DNA from: an uncultured bacterium
Lineage (GTDB): Bacteria; Krumholzibacteriota; Krumholzibacteriia; Krumholzibacteriales; Krumholzibacteriaceae
Direction: 5' to 3'
NCBI GenBank assembly: GCA_963786935.1
Contig: CAWBAN010000001.1
Span: 576,001 to 640,000, forward strand
DNA: 64,000 nucleotides
Shown piece by piece: positions 10,946 to 22,000 of this stretch (position 1 is its first letter; each line of letters opens with the position of its first letter). Position numbers and translations under genes: made by a program. The notes under the pieces are model-generated. The model was not told where the DNA came from. It saw nothing but the letters and a program-made list of their open reading frames with translations, and made no database searches.

Positions 10946-12751
10946 TTACTGGAGCGGCTTCTCCCGCAGGTCCTCGACCTTCGCGCTCTCCCGAATTCCC
11001 TGGTACCAGCTCGCCATGAAGCGATTTGCGGTCTCGTTGCGCAGCTCGTTCACGATTCCGGAGCGCGCTTCGACGTATTTCGTCATATCGGGTTCCGAGC
11101 GCTCGACCAGCTTGATCAGGTAGTAGCGGCCCTGCCCCTTGATCGGGGGGCTCACGGCGTTCACGGCGAGGAACGCACAGGCGGTGTGGAACGTCGTGTT
11201 CGTTCCGATCTCCGGCAGCGGATCGCCCGCCTTGAACGGGGGCGTCTCCCTGACCGCGAGGCCCTTCGCCTTCGCGGCGGCCTCGAATGAGCCGCCCGCG
11301 AGCATTTCCTTGCGCAGCGATTCCGCGACGGCGATCGCCGCGTCCGCTTCCCGGTTCGCGCGGATCTCGTCGGCGAGCTGCTTGGCGACCTGTTCGAACG
11401 GCTGGACCTGCTCGGGGATCTCCTCGATGATCTTCACGAAGCGGATCGACGTTTCCCCCTCGATTCCGTAGCTCACGGCGCCGTCGCGGTAGTTGAAGGC
11501 GAAGCTCGAGATGCGCGGCGCGAATCCGATATCCTTGATGAACATTCCCTCGGCGAACGGCTCCGTGTCGATCGTCTTGATCCCGCGGTCCGCCGCCGTC
11601 TTCTCGAATCCCTTGTCGTGAATCTCCTCGCTGATCTGCTTCAGCACCGTCTGGAGGGAGTCGACCGTGTCGGATCCCGGCTCGACCTTCATGAGTATGT
11701 GGCTCGCGTGGACCGATTCGATCCCTTTCTCCGTCTTGCGCTCCGCGACCTTGATGAGCTGGTAACCGGAGGGCGTCCGCACCGGCTCGCTGATCTGTCC
11801 GGGCTTCAGTGCGAACGCGGCGGCGTCGAACGCGGGGTCCATGTCCCCCTTCTTGAGAAATCCGAGATCGCCGCTCTTGTCCGCGGTCATGTTGTCGTCG
11901 GAGTACTCCTTCGCCGCCTCGGCGAAATCGAGCGTCCCGTTCACGATGTCCTCGCGGAGGTCCGCGGCGCGCGCCCGGATGTCCTCCTCGTCGGCGGCGG
12001 TCGGCTTCTTCTCGATCTCCATGACGCGCACGCGGCGCATCGCCGGCGCCTTCAATTCGCCTTTCTTCTGCTCGTACAGGGCGCGGAGCTCGGCGTCCGT
12101 CGGCTCGTACGGCTGCGCGCTTTGGCCCTGCACCGGAATCTGGACGTACTGGGCTCTCATCGTGGAGTTCTGCCGTTTGTAACGATCGAGGACCTCGTTC
12201 TCGGGGACGTGAATCTGCGCCACGAGGTAGGTCTGAAGCTTGAGCTCGGGGATCATGGCGCGGCCCCAGCGCTCGAGCTCCGTCCAGTCGACGTCCGGAT
12301 CGGAGAGGGCCTTGAGGTACGCCTGGTAATCGAACTGCCCGTCCTGAGTCTTGAACACGTTCTGGAGCGACGGATGAGGATTCTGCCGGAGGAACGAAAC
12401 GAGCTCGGCGTCGGATACGGTGATGCCGAGCCTCTCGATCTCGCGCTGCATGATCCGGCCCTGCACGGCGAGCTCCCACGCCTGATCCGCGAGAAGACCG
12501 CGCTCCATCTCGCTCGGGGCGTAGCTTTCCCCTCTCTGGGCCTTAACCTGCGCGTAGAGCTGGTTCAGCATTTCGTTGTACGTCTGCTGCGTAATGGCTT
12601 CCTTGTCGACCGTTCCGACGACGTTGACGTCGAATTTCCGCTGCCGGGGCCCGCGGAGATCCATACCCCAGACGGCGAAGATGGAGATGATGAAGGTGAG
12701 AACCACGATCCAGAGAATCGTCTTCGTCCGTTCGCGCAAGTTCCTGAGCAT
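10946..12751 (-). CDS. SurA/PpiD-type periplasmic chaperone, parvulin PPIase
   Basis: MLRNLRE N-terminus with TM anchor; FAEAAKEYSDD, GDLGF, FDAAAFAL, ISEPVRTPSGY; AAAGGA RBS before ATG 12751. Confidence 0.88.
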   Translation of the reverse strand: MLRNLRERTKTILWIVVLTFIISIFAVWGMDLRGPRQRKFDVNVVGTVDKEAITQQTYNEMLNQLYAQVKAQRGESYAPSEMERGLLADQAWELAVQGRIMQREIERLGITVSDAELVSFLRQNPHPSLQNVFKTQDGQFDYQAYLKALSDPDVDWTELERWGRAMIPELKLQTYLVAQIHVPENEVLDRYKRQNSTMRAQYVQIPVQGQSAQPYEPTDAELRALYEQKKGELKAPAMRRVRVMEIEKKPTAADEEDIRARAADLREDIVNGTLDFAEAAKEYSDDNMTADKSGDLGFLKKGDMDPAFDAAAFALKPGQISEPVRTPSGYQLIKVAERKTEKGIESVHASHILMKVEPGSDTVDSLQTVLKQISEEIHDKGFEKTAADRGIKTIDTEPFAEGMFIKDIGFAPRISSFAFNYRDGAVSYGIEGETSIRFVKIIEEIPEQVQPFEQVAKQLADEIRANREADAAIAVAESLRKEMLAGGSFEAAAKAKGLAVRETPPFKAGDPLPEIGTNTTFHTACAFLAVNAVSPPIKGQGRYYLIKLVERSEPDMTKYVEARSGIVNELRNETANRFMASWYQGIRESAKVEDLREKPLQ

Positions 12752-12865
12752 ACTCGATATTCCTTTGCTGTTTGGTATTCCGGGCTCGTCGGCGAGCTCA
12801 TTCGTCGCAAATCTAGGGTAAATTAGCATATTGCGCCGGTGAATGCAATTCTTTTAAAGCCCGGA

Positions 12866-12895
12866 TTGACAGGCGGGCGAGGCGGGTGATACCGT
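12866..12895 (+). promoter_or_regulatory. Putative sigma70 promoter (divergent region)
   Basis: TTGACA-18 bp-TACCGT with a TG extension; the opposite strand has TTGCAT..TGCTAATTT facing the SurA gene. Confidence 0.5.
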
Positions 12896-12904
12896 GCATC
12901 CGCC

Positions 12905-15130
12905 ATGAAATCACGCTATGCAATCCCGGTCGCCATCGCGCTCCTCGCGGTGGCCGCCGCGCGCGCCGAAGTCGGCGTCTGGCCCCTCGACGGACCCCGG
13001 AAGCTCAGCTCGAGCTTCGGCGAGTACCGGGACGGGCATTACCACGCGGGGGTGGATCTGAGGACGTTCGGCCGCGTCGGGCTCCCGTGCCTCGCCGTCG
13101 ATTCGTGCGAGGTCTCGAGGCTCCGCGTTTCGCCGATCGGATACGGCAAGGCGCTCTACGTGACGCTCCGCGACGGCCGCACCGCCGTCTACGCGCATCT
13201 CAACGGCTTCAGCCGGGAGCTCGATTCGCTCTCGTATCACTGGCGGCTCGCCCGGGGAAGGAACTCGTGCGACATCGAGCCGGCGGGGGGGGCGTTCCGC
13301 TTCGCGCCGGGGGAGACGCTCGCGTATTCCGGATCGACCGGCTCTCCCCATCCGCACCTCCACTTCGAGACGCGTGATGCCGCCGGGCGGCCGTTCAATC
13401 CGCTCGCCGGGATGTACGATGTCCCCGATTCCTGTCCGCCGATCATCTCGGCCCTCTCGATCGTGCCGCTCTCATGGGGGAGCCTCGTGGACGGCTCGCC
13501 CGTTCCCCTCACGCGCCGGTTCCGCCTCGTGAACGACTCGCGTTTCGAGCTCCCCGGAACGCTGCGTCTCGACGGGCGGTTCGGCTTCGGCGTGGATATG
13601 TACGACAAGCAGGTGCGCGGCTCGTACCGCATGGCGCCGTACTCGGTCGAGCTGCTCGTGGACGGCGAAACGGCCTATCGCGTTCGGAACAGGACGTTCG
13701 ATTACGCCAGCTTCGGCGATGTGGCGCTCGAGTACGAGGAGCGGGGCGGCACGGCGCCGGGACGCTATTTCGCGTTGCACCGGAACGCCGGCAACGCGAT
13801 GCCCGACCGAGAAGGGACGGGCATCGTCGCGAGCCGTCCGGGGCCGGCGGGAGCGGTCGAGCCTTCCGCGGGGGAGCACCGGGCGGAAATCGTCGTGCGC
13901 GACGCGGCGGGGAACGAGGCCCGGGCTTCGTTCCGGTTCATCGTGGAGCGCCGGCCGGAGGTCGAGATCGCCCTGCGATCAGCGGCCGCGGAGCGGCGGA
14001 TCGAAATCGAGGCCTTGGATCCCGACGGAGGCGCCGTCGCGGTGCGTCTGAGCGTCTCCGCGGACGCGGGGGAGAGCTGGCGATTCCTCGCCGCCGACTC
14101 TTCCGGATCGCTCGCGGCGAGCGCCGTGTCCGAGCCCGACGCGCTCTACCGGTGCGTCGCCGAGAACGTCCGGGGGGATTCGACGGAGCGTCTCTTCGCG
14201 TTTCCCTCGCCGCGCGCCGAGCGCGACAGCGTGTTCTGCGAGGCGGTTCCCGAGCTGCGGGGCGACGGGCTCCTCCTGCGGATCCGGACGGACCGGCCGC
14301 TCGCCGCACCGCCCTGCGTTCGCCGGGCGGGGGACCCGCGCGGGGATTCCCTCGTCGCGCTGCCGGCCGGGGGCCGGGAATACATCGTCTTCGCGCCGCT
14401 CTCGCGGCTCGCGAGCGGCGTCAATATCTTCACCGTGCGCGGCATGGATCACCGGGGCTACCCGCTCGAGCTCGTTCGGGCGCTGCAGATCTTCGTCTTC
14501 GGTTCCGGAGGCTCCGCGTCGTTCGAATCCGGCGACGGCCTCACGGTCCGGCTCAAGGCTCCCTCCGTTCGCGGCGCGGCCCCGCTCCTCGTGCGGGACG
14601 CGCCGGATCCGAAACGGACGGCGCCCGGGCTCGAGCCGGTCGCCGCGCCGTTTTCCCTCGCGTTCCCGGTCGAGGCGTACGCCGGGCCGCTCCGGTGCGG
14701 CTTCGATTCGGGGCGCGCGGCGGGCCTTTATCGCTGGAACGGGAAGGCCGGCTGGCGCTGCGTCGGCGTGCCCGAACGGGAGGGAGGCTTCGTCGACGTC
14801 AGGCGGCCGGGCGTCTACGCGGTCTTCGCCGATTCGACCGCGCCGGTTTTAAAGCCTCTCGCGTTCACCCGCCGGGCCCCGGGAAGCGGCTTCTTCAAAC
14901 GCAAGCTCTACTACGTGCCCGTTCACGACGGCGGATCCGGCGTCGCCGCAGAATCGGCGACGGCCGTCCTGAACGGCGAGCGCGTCGTGTGCGAGTACGA
15001 CGAATACCGCTCGAGGCTCACGATCCCCGTTCCCGCCTCGTATCCCCCGGGACCCGCGCGGCTCCGTGTGGAGATCGCGGATCGCTCGGGAAATAGAAAT
15101 GCGGCGGAGTTCGTTCTTGTGATAGAGTAG
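12905..15130 (+). CDS. Secreted M23-family metallopeptidase with a long C-terminal extension
   Basis: Signal peptide; SSFGEYR, HAGVDL (HxxxD), YAHL, SGSTG, PHLHFE (HxH). Confidence 0.85.
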   Translation: MKSRYAIPVAIALLAVAAARAEVGVWPLDGPRKLSSSFGEYRDGHYHAGVDLRTFGRVGLPCLAVDSCEVSRLRVSPIGYGKALYVTLRDGRTAVYAHLNGFSRELDSLSYHWRLARGRNSCDIEPAGGAFRFAPGETLAYSGSTGSPHPHLHFETRDAAGRPFNPLAGMYDVPDSCPPIISALSIVPLSWGSLVDGSPVPLTRRFRLVNDSRFELPGTLRLDGRFGFGVDMYDKQVRGSYRMAPYSVELLVDGETAYRVRNRTFDYASFGDVALEYEERGGTAPGRYFALHRNAGNAMPDREGTGIVASRPGPAGAVEPSAGEHRAEIVVRDAAGNEARASFRFIVERRPEVEIALRSAAAERRIEIEALDPDGGAVAVRLSVSADAGESWRFLAADSSGSLAASAVSEPDALYRCVAENVRGDSTERLFAFPSPRAERDSVFCEAVPELRGDGLLLRIRTDRPLAAPPCVRRAGDPRGDSLVALPAGGREYIVFAPLSRLASGVNIFTVRGMDHRGYPLELVRALQIFVFGSGGSASFESGDGLTVRLKAPSVRGAAPLLVRDAPDPKRTAPGLEPVAAPFSLAFPVEAYAGPLRCGFDSGRAAGLYRWNGKAGWRCVGVPEREGGFVDVRRPGVYAVFADSTAPVLKPLAFTRRAPGSGFFKRKLYYVPVHDGGSGVAAESATAVLNGERVVCEYDEYRSRLTIPVPASYPPGPARLRVEIADRSGNRNAAEFVLVIE

Positions 15131-15152
15131 GGCCCGGGAGGAGGGTGGCGGC

Positions 15153-18100
15153 ATGTCCGGCCCGCGCTTCGTACATCTTCATAACCATTCGGAGTACAGT
15201 CTCCTCGACGGCGCGATCCGCGTCAAGGATCTCGCCGAGGCGGCGAAGGGCATGGGCATGAGCGCCGTCGCGCTCACCGACCACGGGAACCTTTTTGGGG
15301 CGGTCCCGTTCCTCAAGGCGGCCGAGGAGGCCGGCGTCAAACCGGTTCTCGGCATGGAGACGTATCTCGCCGAGGGCACGATTAAGGAACGGAGCCGCGC
15401 GGCGGGGCAGTACCGCAACGACCATCTGACGCTCCTCGTCGCGAGCGCCGAGGGCTACCGGAACCTCATCGAGCTCTCCTCCATCGCCTACATCGAAGGC
15501 TTCTACTATCGTCCCCGCATCGATCTCGATCTCCTCGCCGCCCGCTCGAAGGGGCTGATCGGCATGAGCGGCTGTCTCCAGGGAGGCGTTTCGAGGCTTC
15601 TCCGGGCGGATAAATGGAGCGAGGCGCGCGCGCTCGCGGGGCGGCTCTCCTCGATTCTCGGGCCCGGCAACTTCTATCTCGAAATCCAGAACCACGGCAT
15701 TCCCGATGAGATCGCTCTGATCCCGAAGATGGCGAAGCTCTCCGCGGAGACGGGAATCCCGCTCGTCGCGACGAACGACTGCCACTTCCTCAAGGCCGAG
15801 GACCACGAGGCGCACGACGTGCTCCTCTGCCTGCAGACCGGCAAGGACCTCGATGACGCGGCGCGCGTGCTTCGCTCCAATGCCGAGACCTATTTCAAGA
15901 CCCCCCGGCAGATGGCGGCGCTCTTCCCCGAGCATCCGGGCGCCCTCGAGGCGACGATCGGGATCGCCGAGCGGTGCGACTTCAAGCTCGGCAAGAGCGG
16001 CACGCATCTTCCGCGGTTTCCGCTCCCGCCGGGCTTCGCGAGCGCCCGTGACTACCTCGAGCACGTCGTCATGGAAAATCTGCCGAAGCGCGTCGCCGCG
16101 GTGAACGAGGACGTCCTTCGGCGCATCCGGTACGAGCTCGACGTGATTTCGAAGATGGATTTCGACGGGTACTTCCTCGTCGTGTGGGACATCGTGAATG
16201 CGGCGCGCGAGCGGAACATCCCCGTCGGGCCCGGGAGGGGATCCGGGGCGGGAAGCCTCGTCTGCTACGTGCTCGGCATCACCTCGATCAACCCGATCGA
16301 GAACGGGCTCATCTTCGAGCGCCTCCTCAATCCCGAGCGCGTTTCCATGCCGGACATCGACGTCGATTTCTGCGACGAGCGGCGGCAGGAGATCATCGAG
16401 TACGTCATCGGCCGCTACGGCGCCGAAAACGTGTGCCAGATCATCACCTTCGGGCGCATGGCGGCGCGCGCGGTCGTGCGCGACGTGGGGCGCGTGCTCA
16501 AGGTGCCCTACGGCGAGGTGGACAAGCTCGCGAAGATGATTCCCGGGCAGGTCGGAACGACGCTCGCGAAGGCGCTCGAGACGGTCCCCGAGCTCGATGC
16601 GCTCTACAAGGGAGATGAAACGGTCAAGAAGCTCATCGACCTTTCGTTCTCGCTCGAAGGGCTCGCCCGGCACGCCTCGACGCACGCGGCGGGGATCGTC
16701 ATCACGCCGACGAAGCTCACCGATTACGTGCCGCTCTTCCGGTCGAACAAGGGCGAGGTGACGACGCAGTACGAGATGAAGATCCTCGAGGAGCTCGGCG
16801 TGCTGAAGATAGACATCCTCGGGCTCAAGACCCTCTCGCAGATCAAGAACACGATCGATCTCATCGAGCGGCACGAAGGGATCCGCATCGATCCGGACGC
16901 GATACCGTTCGACGACGACGCCACGTTCGAGCTGTTCCGGCAGGGGAAGACGGTCGGGATTTTCCAGGTCGAAAGCGCCGGCATGCGCGACGTTCTCAGG
17001 AAGATCGCCCCGACGAAGTTCGAAGAAGTCATCGCCATCAACGCGCTGTACCGGCCGGGGCCCCTCGGGAGCGGCATGGTCTCGGACTTCATCGAATGCA
17101 AGCACGGCCGCAAGCCGATCGCCTACGAGGATCCGCGTCTCGAGCCGATCCTCGCCGAAACCTACGGCGTCATCCTCTACCAGGAACAGGTGATGAGAAT
17201 CGCGAGCGATCTCGCGGGGTTCACGCTCGGTCAGGCCGATATCCTGCGGCGCGCGATGGGGAAGAAGAAGAAGGAGGAGATGGAGAAGCAGCGTGCGCGG
17301 TTCATCGACGGGTCGGTCGAACGCGGGCTCACGAAGAAGAAGGCGGCGAAGATCTTCGACCTGATGAACTTCTTCTCCGGGTACGGTTTCAACAAATCAC
17401 ACTCGGCGGCGTACGCGGTCATCACGATGCAGACCGCGTATCTCAAGGCGCACTACCCGGCGGCCTTCATGGCGGCCACGATGACGTGCGACATGGCGGA
17501 CACCGACCGGCTCATAGTGCTGCTCGACGAGTGCCGGAGCCTCGGTCTCGATGTCCATCCACCCGACGTGAACGCCGGCGGGGTCGGATTCGGCCTCGCC
17601 AACGGTGAAATCACATACGGGCTCGCCGCGCTCAAGAACGTCGGTGTCCAGGCCATCCAGTCGGTCGTGGCCGCGCGCGCCGCCGGGCAGTTCGCGGACG
17701 TGTTCGATTTCTGCGAGCGGATCGACCTGCGTCTCGCGAACCGGCGCGTGGTCGAAAGCCTCATCCAGAGCGGGGCGCTCGATTCCCTTCCGGGGACGCG
17801 GGCGCAGAAGATGGCGACCCTCGACCGCGTTCTCGCCCGGGCGCAGCGGCGCCAGAGCGAGCGTGAGCGCGGCCAGGGGTTCCTCGGCTTTTCGGAAGGG
17901 TCCTCCGCCGGGGACGCCGGCGCCCTCGAGAAGGTGAGCGACTGGGACGAGGCGACCCGCCTCCATCGCGAGAAGGAATCGCTCGGGTTCTATTTCTCGG
18001 GGCATCCGCTCGACCGCCACGCCGAAATGCTCGGCAGGCTCATCACCGTCGACAGCCTGCGGCTGCGGGAAAAGCGCGATCGCGAGGCGGTCGTGGGGGC

Positions 18101-18584
18101 GGCGCTCGTCACGGATCTGCGCGTCATCCTCGATCGGAAGGGAAATCCGATGGCCTTCGTGACGGTCGAGGACGTCCACGGCAGCTACGAGATCATCGCC
18201 TTCTCCGATTGTTATCAGAAGCGCCGCAAGAAACTCCAGCAGGACCAGATCGTCGTCGTCGCCGGCAAGGTCACCGTGAAGGACGGGGGAGACGTCAAGA
18301 TCATCGCGGACGAGGTGTACACGATCGAGGAGGCCGTGCAGATGCTCGCGCGGAAGGTTCATCTGACGATTCGTCCGGATATCTTCAGCGAGAGCGGTCT
18401 CGATCGCCTCAAGGAGACGATCGGCCGGTTCCCCGGCGAGCGCGAGGTCATCTTTCACATCCGCGAGAACGGCCGTGAGCGGGGCGCCGTGCGCGCCCGC
18501 CTTGGAAGGGTGTCTCCGGCAGTCGAGCTTCTGCGGGAGTTGAACGAGATCGCAGGCGTCGAGCACGTGGAGATTTCCAGCTAG
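15153..18584 (+). CDS. dnaE: DNA polymerase III alpha subunit
   Basis: HLHNHSEYSLLDG, GPGRGSGAGS, SMPDIDVDF, YGFNKSHS, C-terminal OB fold; no intein-sized insert. Confidence 0.98.
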   Translation: MSGPRFVHLHNHSEYSLLDGAIRVKDLAEAAKGMGMSAVALTDHGNLFGAVPFLKAAEEAGVKPVLGMETYLAEGTIKERSRAAGQYRNDHLTLLVASAEGYRNLIELSSIAYIEGFYYRPRIDLDLLAARSKGLIGMSGCLQGGVSRLLRADKWSEARALAGRLSSILGPGNFYLEIQNHGIPDEIALIPKMAKLSAETGIPLVATNDCHFLKAEDHEAHDVLLCLQTGKDLDDAARVLRSNAETYFKTPRQMAALFPEHPGALEATIGIAERCDFKLGKSGTHLPRFPLPPGFASARDYLEHVVMENLPKRVAAVNEDVLRRIRYELDVISKMDFDGYFLVVWDIVNAARERNIPVGPGRGSGAGSLVCYVLGITSINPIENGLIFERLLNPERVSMPDIDVDFCDERRQEIIEYVIGRYGAENVCQIITFGRMAARAVVRDVGRVLKVPYGEVDKLAKMIPGQVGTTLAKALETVPELDALYKGDETVKKLIDLSFSLEGLARHASTHAAGIVITPTKLTDYVPLFRSNKGEVTTQYEMKILEELGVLKIDILGLKTLSQIKNTIDLIERHEGIRIDPDAIPFDDDATFELFRQGKTVGIFQVESAGMRDVLRKIAPTKFEEVIAINALYRPGPLGSGMVSDFIECKHGRKPIAYEDPRLEPILAETYGVILYQEQVMRIASDLAGFTLGQADILRRAMGKKKKEEMEKQRARFIDGSVERGLTKKKAAKIFDLMNFFSGYGFNKSHSAAYAVITMQTAYLKAHYPAAFMAATMTCDMADTDRLIVLLDECRSLGLDVHPPDVNAGGVGFGLANGEITYGLAALKNVGVQAIQSVVAARAAGQFADVFDFCERIDLRLANRRVVESLIQSGALDSLPGTRAQKMATLDRVLARAQRRQSERERGQGFLGFSEGSSAGDAGALEKVSDWDEATRLHREKESLGFYFSGHPLDRHAEMLGRLITVDSLRLREKRDREAVVGAALVTDLRVILDRKGNPMAFVTVEDVHGSYEIIAFSDCYQKRRKKLQQDQIVVVAGKVTVKDGGDVKIIADEVYTIEEAVQMLARKVHLTIRPDIFSESGLDRLKETIGRFPGEREVIFHIRENGRERGAVRARLGRVSPAVELLRELNEIAGVEHVEISS

Positions 18585-18627
18585 GGGGCGCCCCTCCGAC
18601 GGGAAGCCGCGGGGGGGATTTTTGGGC

Positions 18628-18657
18628 TTGACCCTATCGCTTTGCGTCCTATATAAT
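18628..18657 (+). promoter_or_regulatory. Putative sigma70 promoter
   Basis: TTGACC-18 bp-TATAAT. Confidence 0.7.
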
Positions 18658-18705
18658 TAAGATGCCAGCTCGAAAGGTGCGAAAATACGAGTCCCGTGTT
18701 GCATG

Positions 18706-18755
18706 TCCCTGATCGGAAAGATTGCGCTTTCCATTCGTGTCAGGGATTTTTATTT
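18706..18755 (+). terminator. Terminator/attenuator-like hairpin in a 5' leader
   Basis: TCCCTGA..GGAAAG-loop-CTTTCC..TCAGGGA followed by TTTTTATTT, between the promoter and the first gene. Confidence 0.55.
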
Positions 18756-18773
18756 GGGGGGTGCGTGAACCGC

Positions 18774-18941
18774 ATGATTAAAAAGGAGCTCCTCGATATT
18801 CTGGCATGTCCCGCCTGCAAGGGGAAGGTCGTTCTGAACGAAGCGGGAACGCAGCTTCTCTGCGGCGCGTGCCGCCTTCTCTATCCGATCGAGGAGGAGA
18901 TTCCGATCATGCTCGTCGACAGGGCCGAGAGGATCGAATAG
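18774..18941 (+). CDS. Trm112-like (YcaR/UPF0434) protein
   Basis: ELLDILACPACKG...LLCGACRLLYPIEEEIPIML. Confidence 0.88.
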   Translation: MIKKELLDILACPACKGKVVLNEAGTQLLCGACRLLYPIEEEIPIMLVDRAERIE

Positions 18942-19001
18942 CGGTTCGAGCGGAGGTCCCGGAGCCGTGTGCCTCGTCGTGTACCCGATTCGGAGGGGCG
19001 T

Positions 19002-22000
19002 ATGAAGAAACTCCTGTTCGCGGCCGCGCTCTGGACGGCGTTCGCGTCCCCTGCCCGCGCCGAGATTGCCCGCGTCGTTTCCACGAGCGCAGGGAGCGTC
19101 ACCGTCGAAATCGTCGTTCCCGAACCGTCCATCGCGCCCGTCGAGGGGGACGGCGGCGAGCGACTGAGCAGGGTCTTCGTGAAGGGATTCTACTCCCTCG
19201 ACGTCGAGGGCGCGCCCATCCTGCCCGTCCGGCGCCTCTTCTTCGCCGTCGGTTCACGGGATGACGTCCGGCTCGACGTGCTCGAGGAGGAGACATATTT
19301 CCTCGGGGGCGTGCTGCCGGCGGTGGCTCTCGATAAAGGCACCTTCGCGGACGAGCGCGCGGCGCTCGCGAAGGCCCCGCCGCTCGCGGAGCAGCGCTTC
19401 GTCCGTTTCTCCGGCGTCGAAACGGTGCGCGGCAGATACTGCGCGTTCGTCGATGTCCAGCCGGTGCTGTTCGATCCGGCGGCGAAGGGGCTTTCGTGCG
19501 CCCGCCGGCTCTTGATCCGGCTGTCGTTCCTGCCCGGGGCGGAGGGAAAGCCGGGGAGTGGTGCGTTCCTCGGCGGCGATCTGTTCGTCAACGCTGCGCA
19601 GGCCGCGTCATGGAGCAGGGTTCCTGCGGCCGCCGGCGCGGCCCGCACGCCCTTCGAATTCTCCCTCTCGCCCGACTGGATCAAGATCCGGGTGCGGGAA
19701 AGAGGAATTTATTTCGTCACGTACAACGATCTGCTTGCCGCGGGCGCCAATCCCTCGCTCATCGATCCGGCTACGCTGCGCCTATTCTCGGGAGGGCTCT
19801 ACCCCGAACCCGACAGCCTGAGCCAGGGCGGAAGCTGGCGCGAAGATTACCATTTCACCGAGCATGCGATACTGTACCGGGGGCAGACGGGAGGATCCCT
19901 GCAGCCGACGGATACGGTGTTTTTCTACGGCCTCCCCGCGGCGGGATGGGTGAACGACGCCGATCCGGCGGGAGGCGCGAGAGAGTACTACAAGCATCCG
20001 TACGATTCGATGAGCGTGTACTGGCTCACGTGGGGTGGAGATTTCGCCGGGGCGCCTCGCCGGATGGCCGAGCGCGACGTCGCGCCGCTCTTCGATCCGG
20101 GGGATACGCTGATCACGTGGTACGAGGAGCGAATCCGCGCGGAGCAGGATCTCTACTACGATCCCATATACGCCGACGACCGGTGGTACTGGAACTTCCT
20201 TAAGATGAACGGGAGCACGACCTTCCAGAACGAGTTTTTCACGCGCGACGTCGCCGACGGGGCGGGCGTGATGAAGACCAAGGCGTACGGGCCTTACAAC
20301 TACGCGAGATACCAGAACACGGCGACGTATCGCGTCAACGGCGTCATAGCCGGGACGCTCACCTGGATCGTGACGTACGGATACAATCCGTCGGGCATGC
20401 GGATTCTCGAGGCTCCCGTGTCGAATTTCGTCGAGGGGCGGAACGTTTTCACGGCGACGAAGCCCGTCGACAACGAGATGTACATGTTCTGGTACGAGAT
20501 ATTCTATCACCGGCTGCTCAAGGCAGCCGACGGGGCGCTCAATTTCGGCGTGCCCGAGCGGGAGCGCCGCGCGCGGTACGAGCTCTCAGGTTTTCCGGTC
20601 GGCGAGAAGCTGCTCTTCGACGTCACCGAAGACGAGACCCCCGTCCTCTGCGTCGGGTGGCAGCCGTCGGAAGGGGGCGTCGGCCAGATCGCGTTCGAGG
20701 ATTCGCTCCAGGGGCGGCCGCGCCGGTACGCGGCCGTTTCGAGGAGCGCGCTCAGGAAGGGTTCGCTCTCGTTCGCGAGCGTTCCATCACTGCGGGACGA
20801 GATCGACTGCCCGGACATGGTGATCCTGCATCATGGGGATTTTCGGGACGCGGCGCTCATTCTGAAGGCGCACCGCGAGCGCGTGTTTCCGGGTGTGGCC
20901 GCTCCGGTCGTGCGCGCCGTGGACATCGCCGACGTGTACAACAATTTCTCCGGCGGACGCAAGGATCCGGTCGCGATCCGCAACTATCTCAAGTTCCTCT
21001 ACGATCGGGGCGGGTGCGGGGGAGGGGCGGAGCCTGTCATCAAGTACGTGCTGCTGATCGGTAACGGCACGTACGACGCGCGGAACCTGCTCGGCCAGAA
21101 CAACGATTTCCTGCCGCTCTACATGAACATCCGCTACCCGAACGAGTCAGAAGGGGTCGAGGACGAGGACTTCTTCGTGAAGCTCGACGGCGGCGTCGAT
21201 AGGGCGCCCGACCTCGCGATCGGACGGATGAGCGTGCTCACGAGCCGCGAGGCCTCCTCGTGGGCGCAGCGTATCGTGGATTATGAAGCAGCGCCGGACC
21301 GCGGCGCATGGCGGGGCCGGGTGCTGCTCGTCGCCGACGACGAATATTCCACGCACCGGGACGACGACTTTGAATTTCTCATCTCGACCGAGGAACTGGC
21401 GGGCCGCGCCGGCCCGTTTCCGACACCGCTCGACGTCGAGAAGATATACCTCCACGTCTATCCGTTCGACGGCGATGTGAAGCCCGAGGCGCGCAAGGAT
21501 TTCCTCAAGCGATGGAGCGACGGCGCCCTCATCATCAACTACAATGGGCACGGCTCTCCGCTCCAGATGGCGGACGAGCGCGTGATGGTCAACTCCGACA
21601 TCTATTCGCTCACGAACGGCGCGCGGCGCCCGCTCCTCCTGTCCTTCTCGTGCTCGGTCGGAGATCTCGATTCGCCGTACCATCGGAGCATGGGGCAGAA
21701 CATGACGACCTACGATCCGGGCGGCGCCATCGGAACGATCGCGGCGGCGGCGCCGACGTACCTCTATCCGAACAAGCTGCTCAACGAAACGATCTATGAG
21801 AAGATCTTCACCTCGAAGGACAGCACGGGAACGAGGCCGCTGGGCTATGCGCTCCAGCTCGCGAAATACGATATCGTCTCGCAGGAGGGATATGAGAGCA
21901 ACAACGCGAAGTATCTGCTCCTCGGCGATCCCGCTATGAGCCTCGCGATCCCGTCGTATCCTGTCGAGCATGAGACCGCAGCCATAGACACCATGCAGAC

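Noticed and set aside
15153..18584. Intein or split dnaE
   Set aside because: The ORF is continuous, of normal length, and has no intein motifs.
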